A stretch of DNA of 64,000 nucleotides from an uncultured Ruminococcus sp. (GTDB lineage: Bacteria; Bacillota; Clostridia; Oscillospirales; CAG-272), in assembly GCA_964460165.1 (NCBI GenBank), contig CAYWPS010000002.1:2709-66708 (forward strand). Reading direction: 5' to 3'. Made by a program: the position numbers and the translations under genes. Of this stretch, positions 36,982 to 46,701 are shown piece by piece; positions within the stretch are counted from its first letter, which is position 1, and every line of letters begins with the position of its first letter. The notes beneath the pieces were generated by a model that was not told where the DNA came from, made no database searches, and worked only from the letters and a program-made list of their open reading frames with translations.

Positions 36982-39215
36982 CGGATAAAAAAATGGCAAG
37001 AAAAAAGAAAATTGACATTGAAGATATAAAGGCGAATGAGGCAAAGGCAACCGAGCAACCGATAACCGAGACCTTGGTTAAAAACTATATGCCTTACGCA
37101 ATGAGCGTGATCGTTTCGAGAGCTATTCCCGAGATAGACGGCTTCAAACCGGCGCATAGAAAGCTCCTTTATACTATGTATAAAATGGGTCTTCTAAACG
37201 GTGCCAGGACTAAGAGCGCAAATATAGTTGGACAAACGATGAAGCTTAATCCTCACGGTGATGCTTCTATATACGAGACGATGGTTCGTCTCACTAGAGA
37301 TAATGAAGCGCTTTTGCATCCTTTTGTGGATTCCAAGGGCTCTTTCGGTAAACAGTATTCCAGGGATATGGCATATGCGGCATCACGTTATACCGAGGCT
37401 AAGCTTGAGCCTATTTGCGCCGAGCTTTTCAGCGGTATTGATAAGGATGCTGTTGATTTCGTCCCCAATTACGACAACAGCATGACGGAACCGACCTTAT
37501 TCCCGACTACGTTCCCCAATATTCTCGTATCACCCAACCTGGGAATTGCGGTAGGTATGGCGTGCTCGATATGCTCGTTCAATCTCGGTGAAATATGTGA
37601 TTCTACCGTAGCGCTTCTTAAGAATCCCAACGCAACCGTTGACAGAATACTTGATATAATGCCTGCGCCCGATTTTCCCGGCGGAGGCGAGATAATCTAT
37701 GATCGGGAGCAGATGAAGCGCATTTATGAAACCGGCGTTGGCAGCTTCAAAATGCGCGCTAAGTATCAGTTTGTCAAAAAAGAAAATCAAATAGAGATCC
37801 TTGAAATACCTTATTCATCATGCATCGAGGCTATAATGAAGAAGGCTAAGGATATGATAGTATCCGGTAAGCTTCGTGAAGTTGTAGACGTCCGCGACGC
37901 TATTGATCTTAATGGCTTCAAGCTCATATTTGCGCTTCGCAAGGACTCAAATCCGGAGCTTGTTATGCAGAAGCTGTTTTCAGCGACAGAGCTTGAGAAC
38001 AACTTTGACTGTAATTTCAATATTCTTGTTGAAGGCACTCCTATGCAGCTCGGCGTAAGAGAGATCCTCAAGGAGTGGATTAAATTCAGAATAAAGTGCT
38101 ACTCAAGAGAGCTTAATTTTGATCTTGGAAAAAAAGAAGATAAGCTCGAGCTTCTCCTCGGTCTTGCGGCGATCCTTTTAGATATAGATAAGGCTATAAG
38201 GATAATCAGAAATACCGAAAAGGAAGAAGACGTAGTACCTAACCTTGCAGCAGGCTTCAATCTTACTACCAGACAAGCGGAGTACATTGCAGAGATAAAG
38301 CTTCGTAATCTTAACAGACAGTATATCATCAACCGCGTACAAGAAATTGAGAGCCTTCGCGCGGAAATAGAGGAGCTTAAGGAAACGCTTAAGGATGAGC
38401 TTAAGCTTAAGTCTAAAATCATATCTCAGCTTCAGACCATCAAGAAAAAGTACGGCAAGCCTCGCAAGACCGTTCTCATAAGCAAGGAGGAGGTCGTCGC
38501 ACCTGATAAGGATATTTTCTTTGAAAATTATAACTGCCGTCTGATTCTGACAAAGGGGGGCTACTTCAAGAAGCTCTCTGTCCAGGGTACTCGCTCCGCT
38601 GATGAACACAAGCTCAAGGAAGGAGATTTCATCATTTATTCCGAGGATACCGATAATAAGGGCGATGTTCTTTTCTTTACTGATAAGGGGCAGATATACA
38701 GATCTCGTGTTGCTGATTTTGATATATCTAAGCCAAGTCAGATGGGCGACTATATCCCGATGAAGCTGTCTATGGACGATGACGAGCACGTCGTTGGATG
38801 CAAGATGATATATGATATAGTTCCCGAGCATCATATACTTTACGTATTCGAAAACGGCAAGGGACTGAGGGTAAAGATGTCAGCATACGTTTCGAAGTCC
38901 CGCAGGCGCAAAATTTCGGGCGCTTACTCCACCGATTCACCGTTGGTCGGCGCAATATATGAGGGCAAAGATGCAAAGCAGGTATTCATAAGAAGCGATG
39001 CCGGTAAAGGCATGCTGATAAAATCCAGTCTGGTACCCGTGAAGTCTACCAGAACAGCCGCGGGTGTTCAGATAATGCAGTTGCCCAAGAAGGGCGTAAA
39101 GGTTGAGCTTGTTACCGACAGGATCGAGGCATTCGGACAGGATGCTTTGAAGTGCAAAAAGATAGCGTTACCGTCTACCGGTACATCGCTGGCTCAACTA
39201 ACCTTTAACTTTTAA
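36978..39215 (+). CDS. Type IIA topoisomerase subunit A (ParC/GyrA family)
   Basis: RAIPEIDGFKPAHRKLLY, catalytic Tyr context AYAASRYTEAKL, and a C-terminal beta-pinwheel region. The start is ambiguous: GTG 36978 (GTGA overlap with tsaC) or ATG 36993. No B subunit is adjacent. Confidence 0.75.
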   Translation: MTDKKMARKKKIDIEDIKANEAKATEQPITETLVKNYMPYAMSVIVSRAIPEIDGFKPAHRKLLYTMYKMGLLNGARTKSANIVGQTMKLNPHGDASIYETMVRLTRDNEALLHPFVDSKGSFGKQYSRDMAYAASRYTEAKLEPICAELFSGIDKDAVDFVPNYDNSMTEPTLFPTTFPNILVSPNLGIAVGMACSICSFNLGEICDSTVALLKNPNATVDRILDIMPAPDFPGGGEIIYDREQMKRIYETGVGSFKMRAKYQFVKKENQIEILEIPYSSCIEAIMKKAKDMIVSGKLREVVDVRDAIDLNGFKLIFALRKDSNPELVMQKLFSATELENNFDCNFNILVEGTPMQLGVREILKEWIKFRIKCYSRELNFDLGKKEDKLELLLGLAAILLDIDKAIRIIRNTEKEEDVVPNLAAGFNLTTRQAEYIAEIKLRNLNRQYIINRVQEIESLRAEIEELKETLKDELKLKSKIISQLQTIKKKYGKPRKTVLISKEEVVAPDKDIFFENYNCRLILTKGGYFKKLSVQGTRSADEHKLKEGDFIIYSEDTDNKGDVLFFTDKGQIYRSRVADFDISKPSQMGDYIPMKLSMDDDEHVVGCKMIYDIVPEHHILYVFENGKGLRVKMSAYVSKSRRRKISGAYSTDSPLVGAIYEGKDAKQVFIRSDAGKGMLIKSSLVPVKSTRTAAGVQIMQLPKKGVKVELVTDRIEAFGQDALKCKKIALPSTGTSLAQLTFNF

Positions 39216-39231
39216 AGTATAAGTATAATGC

Positions 39232-39326
39232 AACAGAGCAAGGTCAAAGCTCTTAGCGCAATCCCGAGGAGAGGTTATGGTATCTACTCCGGGGATTGCG
39301 TTAGGCTTGATCTTGCTCTGTTTTTT
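39232..39326 (+). terminator. Long compound hairpin terminator after the ParC-like gene
   Basis: Outer stem AACAGAGCAAGGTCAA / TTGATCTTGCTCTGTT, inner stem GCAATCCCGAGGAG / CTCCGGGGATTGC, then TTTT. Confidence 0.6.
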
Positions 39327-39345
39327 ATTGAGGATCGATAATCAT

Positions 39346-42300
39346 TTACTTGTTCGCGTATAGCTTTGCCGCGGAGGAATATTCCGACAAGCATACGAGT
39401 AACTGTTGAAGCTTGGTGTCGGAATTATTCATAGCGGCGGAATATGCGTTCAAGCTGTATGAAACCGCAACAGCTCCATTGCTCAGAATGATATTTTCGT
39501 TTATCATGCTTGCGGGCAGAATTATCTCAATGTAGGAAATTCCGTTCACTTTGCCGTTAACAGCGGAATATGTATTCGCTTCGCCATTTAGGCTGATTTC
39601 GATATTTCCGTTGAAATCGGGATTGAGATAGAATCTGACTCTTACTGATGCGGACAAATTGTAGCATACGGATTTGATGCTGTTTTTCATAACGCCGGTA
39701 GCTACGGATCCATCATTCAGGCTTCCAAAGACGAGATCGTATTCCTTGTACATTTCGATGATCTCACTTATCTTTTGATATTCAAAGGTACTATTGCTAT
39801 TAAAATAGGCATATGCGCTTTGAATATATCTTAACAGCTTGACTGCCAGTGTTTTTTCATTATTATCCTCTGTGATCGCAAGCAAGGATTCCAGATATTC
39901 GACAGCGGAAAGCGAAAATTCTTTAAGCCTTCCGTCCGTTTGTTCAACAACTATTGAAACCGTCTGACATGCATTTGCCGGAATGAAGGTAGAGATTCTG
40001 TATCTGTAATAGGTGACGCCGTTAAGCTCTGCCGTTTCGAAGGAGCTAGGCATAATATTTACGCCATCTACCTTAACCGATGTTATCTTGTCATCCATTT
40101 CGGATTTCTTTACGTAAAGAAACATTATTAAATCTTCCTCGATCGTCATAGACTGGAAGATCGAAACGCCGGACTTTAAAACGGGTGTAAGCGATACGTT
40201 TGACGAATCCTCGATCGCTTCAAGCTCATATGTATATAGCCCATTTTTAGATTTTAGATAGGAAATAACGTCCGTTGAGCTGATCGAAGGAGTAACACCT
40301 ACTGCAACGTATTCGGTACAAATTGCGTCTCCATCAAGGTTATTCCACGTTACCTGGGCGTAAGAGTCGGATACGCGATAGGGAAGTGCGGCATCATAAT
40401 TGCTTGTGAGAATTGCGCCGTTGGGTAAATACTTTACATCTATCGACAGATTAGTAGTCACTCCATTATCGAAAAGCACACCTGAATAACTTATTGACGT
40501 ATTCGAGGTGCAATTGCCCGCTATGACCGAGGAGCCCTCGCTTACGTTGAATTTCATCGATGCGGACGTGGTGCTGAACAGTTGTCCGTTGGTAATAACC
40601 ACGGATTTCGTGAAGTAAATCTCGGAGTAAGAGCCGCTCGAATAAGAGAATAGGGAAGTATTCGCGGAATTATCGCTCTTTATCGAGCATCCGTCAAAAG
40701 TAACGGTCAGAAGATTTGAAGGAGTGCCATCGACACCATTCTCGTCGCTGTCGTTTTTATTCCAAAGTGAAAACAGGGTTTTATTGCCGGGATTACTTTG
40801 ATATATGTTACAATCAACAAAGCAGTGCTGTCCCGCTCTGAGATCCGCAAGAGTATTATTTGTAACTATATTTGCATTTTCAACGATAATTCCGTACTTT
40901 GACGTAGTGCTTGTATCACTTCCTCCGGATGTAAACATAGTTCTTGATGTGTTCGACTCCAATGTGCCGGGACCTATAAACTTGAAGCTTCCCGTCGCGG
41001 TCTCGGAATAAGAAAACATATGGACGTCATTTTGCTTATGTATGAGCGTATAACCGTTCAGATATACTGTCTTACCGGACTTAGACAACGATACTGTCTT
41101 TGAATTGTTTTTAATTTCAATATCCTTGCAAAGAATTATTTTGTTTTCACCAGTGCTCGATGAGATCAGCTCACAGAGCTTTTCTTCGCTGTTATATTGC
41201 GTAACAGTACCGGAAGTACTGATAGTAACGAACAGACAATCTATCGGCACGTTATTCACAAGCCAAAAATCGCAGTTATCCATCGAAACTATCATTTCAT
41301 CGGGTGAGAGCGGAGCGCCGCCTTTAGTGCCGGACCATCCCGTAGTAAAGAATTCATATCCAACGCCGCCGTTTACATATTCCGTACATTTGTATGTAAT
41401 TACACCGATCTTTGAAGATGTTTCCTTAAACGTAGCGATATCGGCACCGTTATACGTTTCCGTTATTATTTGACTGTCATCAATATGCCATCTTACCGTT
41501 ATATTACCGGTATTGAAGGTAAGCAGATTGCCGACTGAGGAAGGGAAATAAGAGCCGGAGATGTATTCAAACCTATATCCCTGAGTATCCACGGTTACCG
41601 CATTGGAGACGTTGATCAGACCCGTGGTATCTCTGAGGATCGTTATACCGTATCCGTTCCTGATCGCTGTTTCAATATCTGCATTGCTATAGAGATAGAC
41701 GTTGTCGGCGATTGCCAAGGGAAGCGATAAGGCTTGATATTGGATCACATCATTCCAAGAGGAGATAGCGGCGTTGTTAGAAAGTATATATTCGAGATCG
41801 TCTGTATCATAATCGTTTGAGAAGGCTCTGACGTTAAGATTATCGAGCAGAATCGATGAGTAGAAGTCGGTTGATGCGGATGCGGGAAGCTTAATTTCAA
41901 AGTTGTTAACGGCAACACTGTCCGCGCCAACAATTCCGCTCATCATTGTAATAAAGTAGTTATCACAGTAAAGGTATGCCGAGCCTTCGTTTGTGTCTAT
42001 TATTACAGTAACGTGCTTCCATGATTCTTGAATATCTACGGCAGAAGAATCTGCTATTATATCATTGTCAAGGAATTGAAGTATCGGAACGAAAGATGAC
42101 GTTCCGTCGGATTTTTTCACGTTAATTCCGAGTATTGCATCATCAATAAATGAATTTTCGGTAAAGACGTCAAAATCAAATGTAACGTACTTGCTTTTCG
42201 CTAATTCCAGGCATTCATTCTTCCTTAAATACAGCGTTAACGAGGTGTCGGAATCAGTAGATGACGATGCATTCGGAATAATGCCAAGGTAATAGTGGCC

Positions 42301-45300
42301 GTCAGATTCATATGACCTAAGAAGATATGCCTCGTTGGCGGAATTTAGCTTATATGATCCGATAGTAACGCATGAAGGGTCAAAATCTGCCTTGAACTTA
42401 TTATCGATTTCGTTGTTTTCCTTTGAATTCACATACCAATCACTGATAGATAGCCACTCATAATCGGTCCCTATTTCATACCCGCTGACCTCCTCGATAA
42501 CCACCGCGAGATTTAACGTATCAACATCCTCGCATTTAATTGCGAGCTTTCTGAGGCTATCTCTGCTGCTTTCCGTTCCCGAGCCACCCATAGTGGTAAT
42601 ATCGGTTCTGTGAGTTATATCAAGGACATAAGTATAGCAATCCATAATCTCGAATTTTAAATTTTGATTGTCCGAAACTATGGAAACACGAATCATGTCA
42701 TCGCCGGATATCATAAAAGCCGTTCTTTTGTCTGCGGATAATACGACGTCATCAACGTATCCCGTCGCCATATTGTAGTGACCGAACCAATATGCGGTCT
42801 TAGTTCCGTTAAATACTATCTCATCTTGTATAACGACCGTGCTTCTTGAATCGGTGAAGAGAAGTCCGCGCTTTGCGCTCTCAACATGTTCTCCGTATGA
42901 ATCCGACATATCGAGCACCGCATATCCTCCATCTTTTGTGCTATAGGTTTGGGTTATATGAGGATTAGCGGTTGTGAGCTGACCGTATGGAAGGGTGTCC
43001 TGCTCGCTGGTGATGCTTATTATATTATGTCCCTCAGCACCTACTCTGTAAAGCTTGTAGTTCGAGAAATATCCAATGGACATATTGTAATTATCCGCTC
43101 CAAGATCGTGGAACCATATCTTACCGTTGTTATGGTAGATAAACGATCCTGCATCCAACTGACCGTGGGAGCAGTTGTTCTGACCGCCAATTATACCTGC
43201 ATATACCGCGCCTCTGTCCCATGAGCTTCTGACAGAAAAAGCATCGATGCCTATCATTGCGTATTCCGTGCTCAGCTCCGGCTCGCCCGTGATCGTTGTA
43301 TCATAGAAGAGAATATCATAGAGTGAGTATGATTTACCTCCGCTTAAATGCTTCTTCCTGACCTTGATAAGATTATCATCACCGTAATAGCCGCCAACGA
43401 AGAAGAAGAATGAAGAGTCCTGCTGGCTGACGCTGCCGTCATTGAAGTTCCATGTCTGATAATCAGAGCTTTCGGAGTGTATCGCAAAATAGCATGTAGT
43501 ATCTATACCCCAAGCGTCCATAAATCCAAAGTCATCACCTGCGGCAGAGAGCAGGGATGCGGTGAGTCGGAAGAACGAGTTAGTACCGTAGGACCAATAA
43601 CCCGGAGACTCGATATACGAGCCGTCCGGTACGTACTGATCAAGACCGTATTTTGCCAGCGTTCCAAGATTCATGGAGGTCAGCTTGGCGGCATAATCCG
43701 AATAAGTAGAAAGCCCAACGTGTATTGACGCGTTACCGATAGATTCTATAGGCGTTACAACATCAGTGTAAACTCCGTTGCTTTTTTTCTGAGTATTAAA
43801 GGTCATTCCCGCAGTGGAAACGTCCTCCTCAAGAAGCATAAGCGCTGCCATAATTACGCCGGAGGCGCAAACAGCATTCCAGTTACTTGTCTTTGTGGCG
43901 TATCTTGAATTGGCAGTTCCGGGCCAAGGGCATGTTAAATCGTTGCTTTGCACATAACCCGGTATAATAACATGTGTAAACAGAATGGTTGCAAGCTTGG
44001 TTTTATCATATACAGAGTCATCATATTTCGATATTTCACCATTTTTGTTAAGCTCGATAAAGGCATCGTATAGCCAGTCGTATGCTATAGCAAAGGGAGC
44101 GGCGGTATCAGCACAATTCAGAAAATGATCCGGTCCCCAATGATTCCAATCGCCGAGCGCAAGCATGTAATCGTATGCCGCGCGAGCGTAGTTAAGGTTT
44201 CCCGTCATTTGATACGCAAAAGCGAAGTATGGTAACGGTGTCGTCGGGATGCTGACTCTGCCGCCATTGTCATATCCGTTGTTTGAATATTTTGAATAGT
44301 TTTCGTTGACGGGGATTTTTTCGGTTTTTAATCCATTGTAGGTTCCGTTGAGCGAACCGTTACAATAATTTGTAAAATAAGTGCTTGCCGATGAAACATA
44401 TTTCTGTATGTAGTCATATAGAAGCTTGTCTTCGTAGGTGCTTAATTGATCCGAATTACCGCTTGTATATATCGCCTTGAGATCAGCGAAGCGATCCGCG
44501 TTAACGAGAAGGTATGGGTGATCGTAATTGTTCGTATTGTTTTTGACAGAGTCTATGAGCTCTGTGGCACTGGGTATATTGAAGACAAATGTCTTCATTA
44601 TGCTCATTATATCGGTATATGTGACATCTTCAGATAATAAAGAAGCCTCGTTGCCTATTTGAATCAGCCCCATATCGTATGACTTTGCCGAAATACCAAA
44701 TGCTGAATATACGTTATCAATATGTATATATTCGGCGTCTTCAATGCTTACTATATATTCAGATGGACATTCCGCGTTAACACAAGCTTCGATTGCTTCG
44801 ACAGGGCAGAATATCTCTCCGTTTATAAGGATGGGCGGATTGGTAAGCTCTGTTTGAGTGCCGTTGATGCTGGCGTTTTCGGCACCGATCTTCATTGTTA
44901 AAATCTTGCTGATGTCCGAACATGAAGATATGTTTTTAGGACCTGAATACAGCGCTAAATTATCAATACCGAATATTTGATTTGTAGAATTCGTGCTGCC
45001 TAAACGAATGTATCTGATCAATGCCGGGCTACCGAAATCAAAAACCCCTTCAAAATACTCATCTCCAATGTAGCACTTTAAGTCGTACTGAGTAGCGGTA
45101 GACGATAATACGCTGAATTCACACCGTATGTGTATCCAGCTATTGGATTCTATATAGATCTTCTTGTCTGTATTTTTGCAAAAATAGAAGTAGTTTTGCG
45201 TGCCATCATTACCAACGTTAAGCACATTGTCGATAGCGATCCTGCCACCGTTGGGTGAGAAATTGCCATCACCCGAGTGGACGTCAAAAAATTTTGTCGT

Positions 45301-45681
45301 TGAGAGCTTGTTTCCAAGGTCGTTGAAATCCATCTCGAATATCATATATCCAAGCATATCAGGACCTATATTATACGTCATGCTTGGGGTAAGCTGCATA
45401 TAAACGTTCTTGGCTGAATCGTTAAAGTTATAGTACCCGTACTTATTTCCGTTAGTTTCGCTGCGAATCTCAAAACTGGAGTTTTCAGCGCTAACGAGCG
45501 TCAGTTCGCCGCCAACATCGTCATCACTGTCGCCGTAAGTATTTCTGTAATGAACGTATGATTTAGCATATTCAACGGCAGTACTTGATACAGACTCGGT
45601 TTCGCCCGCAACAGAATATATGGCAAAAATTGAGAGTATCATCGAAAGAACTATTATCAGAGAAGTGAGCTTTGTTCTCAT
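39346..45681 (-). CDS. Giant secreted multidomain protein with a heparinase II/III-like (polysaccharide lyase-like) core
   Basis: 2,111 codons from ATG 45681 (GGAGG SD 7 nt upstream). Signal peptide MRTKLTSLIIVLSMILSIFAIYSVAGE. Cu-amine-oxidase-N-like stalk segment (ORF-track aa ~265-350). Heparinase-like region (aa ~390-1010) with DHPYLLVNADRFADLK and SHGQLDAGSFIYHNNGKIWFHDLGADNY...GHNII. No LPxTG or SLH motif seen. Confidence 0.7.
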   Translation of the reverse strand: MRTKLTSLIIVLSMILSIFAIYSVAGETESVSSTAVEYAKSYVHYRNTYGDSDDDVGGELTLVSAENSSFEIRSETNGNKYGYYNFNDSAKNVYMQLTPSMTYNIGPDMLGYMIFEMDFNDLGNKLSTTKFFDVHSGDGNFSPNGGRIAIDNVLNVGNDGTQNYFYFCKNTDKKIYIESNSWIHIRCEFSVLSSTATQYDLKCYIGDEYFEGVFDFGSPALIRYIRLGSTNSTNQIFGIDNLALYSGPKNISSCSDISKILTMKIGAENASINGTQTELTNPPILINGEIFCPVEAIEACVNAECPSEYIVSIEDAEYIHIDNVYSAFGISAKSYDMGLIQIGNEASLLSEDVTYTDIMSIMKTFVFNIPSATELIDSVKNNTNNYDHPYLLVNADRFADLKAIYTSGNSDQLSTYEDKLLYDYIQKYVSSASTYFTNYCNGSLNGTYNGLKTEKIPVNENYSKYSNNGYDNGGRVSIPTTPLPYFAFAYQMTGNLNYARAAYDYMLALGDWNHWGPDHFLNCADTAAPFAIAYDWLYDAFIELNKNGEISKYDDSVYDKTKLATILFTHVIIPGYVQSNDLTCPWPGTANSRYATKTSNWNAVCASGVIMAALMLLEEDVSTAGMTFNTQKKSNGVYTDVVTPIESIGNASIHVGLSTYSDYAAKLTSMNLGTLAKYGLDQYVPDGSYIESPGYWSYGTNSFFRLTASLLSAAGDDFGFMDAWGIDTTCYFAIHSESSDYQTWNFNDGSVSQQDSSFFFFVGGYYGDDNLIKVRKKHLSGGKSYSLYDILFYDTTITGEPELSTEYAMIGIDAFSVRSSWDRGAVYAGIIGGQNNCSHGQLDAGSFIYHNNGKIWFHDLGADNYNMSIGYFSNYKLYRVGAEGHNIISITSEQDTLPYGQLTTANPHITQTYSTKDGGYAVLDMSDSYGEHVESAKRGLLFTDSRSTVVIQDEIVFNGTKTAYWFGHYNMATGYVDDVVLSADKRTAFMISGDDMIRVSIVSDNQNLKFEIMDCYTYVLDITHRTDITTMGGSGTESSRDSLRKLAIKCEDVDTLNLAVVIEEVSGYEIGTDYEWLSISDWYVNSKENNEIDNKFKADFDPSCVTIGSYKLNSANEAYLLRSYESDGHYYLGIIPNASSSTDSDTSLTLYLRKNECLELAKSKYVTFDFDVFTENSFIDDAILGINVKKSDGTSSFVPILQFLDNDIIADSSAVDIQESWKHVTVIIDTNEGSAYLYCDNYFITMMSGIVGADSVAVNNFEIKLPASASTDFYSSILLDNLNVRAFSNDYDTDDLEYILSNNAAISSWNDVIQYQALSLPLAIADNVYLYSNADIETAIRNGYGITILRDTTGLINVSNAVTVDTQGYRFEYISGSYFPSSVGNLLTFNTGNITVRWHIDDSQIITETYNGADIATFKETSSKIGVITYKCTEYVNGGVGYEFFTTGWSGTKGGAPLSPDEMIVSMDNCDFWLVNNVPIDCLFVTISTSGTVTQYNSEEKLCELISSSTGENKIILCKDIEIKNNSKTVSLSKSGKTVYLNGYTLIHKQNDVHMFSYSETATGSFKFIGPGTLESNTSRTMFTSGGSDTSTTSKYGIIVENANIVTNNTLADLRAGQHCFVDCNIYQSNPGNKTLFSLWNKNDSDENGVDGTPSNLLTVTFDGCSIKSDNSANTSLFSYSSGSYSEIYFTKSVVITNGQLFSTTSASMKFNVSEGSSVIAGNCTSNTSISYSGVLFDNGVTTNLSIDVKYLPNGAILTSNYDAALPYRVSDSYAQVTWNNLDGDAICTEYVAVGVTPSISSTDVISYLKSKNGLYTYELEAIEDSSNVSLTPVLKSGVSIFQSMTIEEDLIMFLYVKKSEMDDKITSVKVDGVNIMPSSFETAELNGVTYYRYRISTFIPANACQTVSIVVEQTDGRLKEFSLSAVEYLESLLAITEDNNEKTLAVKLLRYIQSAYAYFNSNSTFEYQKISEIIEMYKEYDLVFGSLNDGSVATGVMKNSIKSVCYNLSASVRVRFYLNPDFNGNIEISLNGEANTYSAVNGKVNGISYIEIILPASMINENIILSNGAVAVSYSLNAYSAAMNNSDTKLQQLLVCLSEYSSAAKLYANK

Positions 45682-45713
45682 TTGCATGCCTCCGTACATA
45701 ATTTTACGATTTT

Positions 45714-45742
45714 ATTATAACTCTGAAATCATGCAAAATCAA
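45714..45742 (-). promoter_or_regulatory. Sigma-A type promoter of the giant gene
   Basis: On the - strand: TTGATT, 17-nt spacer, TATAAT, about 30 nt upstream of the start codon. Confidence 0.6.
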
Positions 45743-45768
45743 GCAAAGGGAAAATATTTATAAAAAGT

Positions 45769-45803
45769 AAAGCGCGGGTGCACAAAGAATGCACCTGCGC
45801 TTT
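45769..45803 (-). terminator. Intrinsic terminator after the response-regulator gene
   Basis: AAAGCGCGGGTGC / GCACCTGCGCTTT stem. On the - strand it is followed by a T-rich run (CTTTACTTTTTA). Confidence 0.7.
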
Positions 45804-45810
45804 GTTCAGT

Positions 45811-46500
45811 TTAAACAAGAGTCTCAAATTTGTATCCAACACCCCATACGGTCTTCAGTATCCATTTATCCGATACGCCCTCAAGCTTTTCACGCAATCT
45901 CTTTACGTGAACGTCTACCGTTCGGGAATCTCCGAGATAATCAAATCCCCATACCTTGTCGAGAAGCTGATCTCTCGTGAAAACTCTGTTGCAGTTTGAA
46001 GCGAGGAAGTAGAGAAGCTCAAGCTCCTTAGGCGGTATGTCTATTGCCTTGCCGAGAAGCTTTAGTTCATATTTCTGCAAGCTGATTTCGATATTTTCAA
46101 ACTTTACCACTTCATCATCATTTGTTTTACTGTGTGCGTTAAATCTTCTAAGTACCGCTTTTATTCTTGCGGAAAGCTCCTTCATGTCAAAGGGCTTCAC
46201 AATAAAGTCATCTGCACCGAGCTCAAGACCAAGCACTTTATCAAAGACCTCGCCTTTTGCGGTGATCATAATTACTGGCTTAGGAGATATTTCTCTTATC
46301 TCGCGACATACCTGCCAGCCATCCTTCTTAGGCATCATTATGTCAAGAAGCACGAGATCCGGATTATAGACCTTAAAGGTAGCAAGACCTTCTACGCCGT
46401 CGTTCGCCGTCTTGATCTTATATCCCTCGTTTTCAAAATACAACTTCAACATATCACATATGTTAGGGTCGTCATCTACGATTAAAAGCTTAGTATCCAT
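45811..46500 (-). CDS. OmpR/PhoB-family response regulator (WalR/PhoP-like), with no adjacent histidine kinase
   Basis: Receiver LIVDDD...LVLLDIMMPKKDG...MITAKG...VKPF and a winged-helix output domain (RVFTRDQLLDKVWG...RTVDVHVKRLREKL...TVWGVGYKF). Start at ATG 46500 behind GGAGG. Confidence 0.9.
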   Translation of the reverse strand: MDTKLLIVDDDPNICDMLKLYFENEGYKIKTANDGVEGLATFKVYNPDLVLLDIMMPKKDGWQVCREIREISPKPVIMITAKGEVFDKVLGLELGADDFIVKPFDMKELSARIKAVLRRFNAHSKTNDDEVVKFENIEISLQKYELKLLGKAIDIPPKELELLYFLASNCNRVFTRDQLLDKVWGFDYLGDSRTVDVHVKRLREKLEGVSDKWILKTVWGVGYKFETLV

Positions 46501-46553
46501 TGTAACCTCCAAATTATTAACTTTGTTAAAAATATCGAAATCTTAACATTTTC

Positions 46554-46582
46554 ATTATACAACAATATCGTCACGCAGTCAA
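46554..46582 (-). promoter_or_regulatory. Sigma-A type promoter of the response-regulator gene
   Basis: On the - strand: TTGACT, 17-nt spacer, TATAAT. Confidence 0.6.
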
Positions 46583-46701
46583 GAACAATTTATGAACTTT
46601 TGAAAAAAGAAATCTGTACATTTTTTTAACATTCGATTAAGTTTGACAAAAATACATCTAAAACTACTTTGGTCCTTTTCACGTCTTTTTTTAAAAAGCT
46701 A

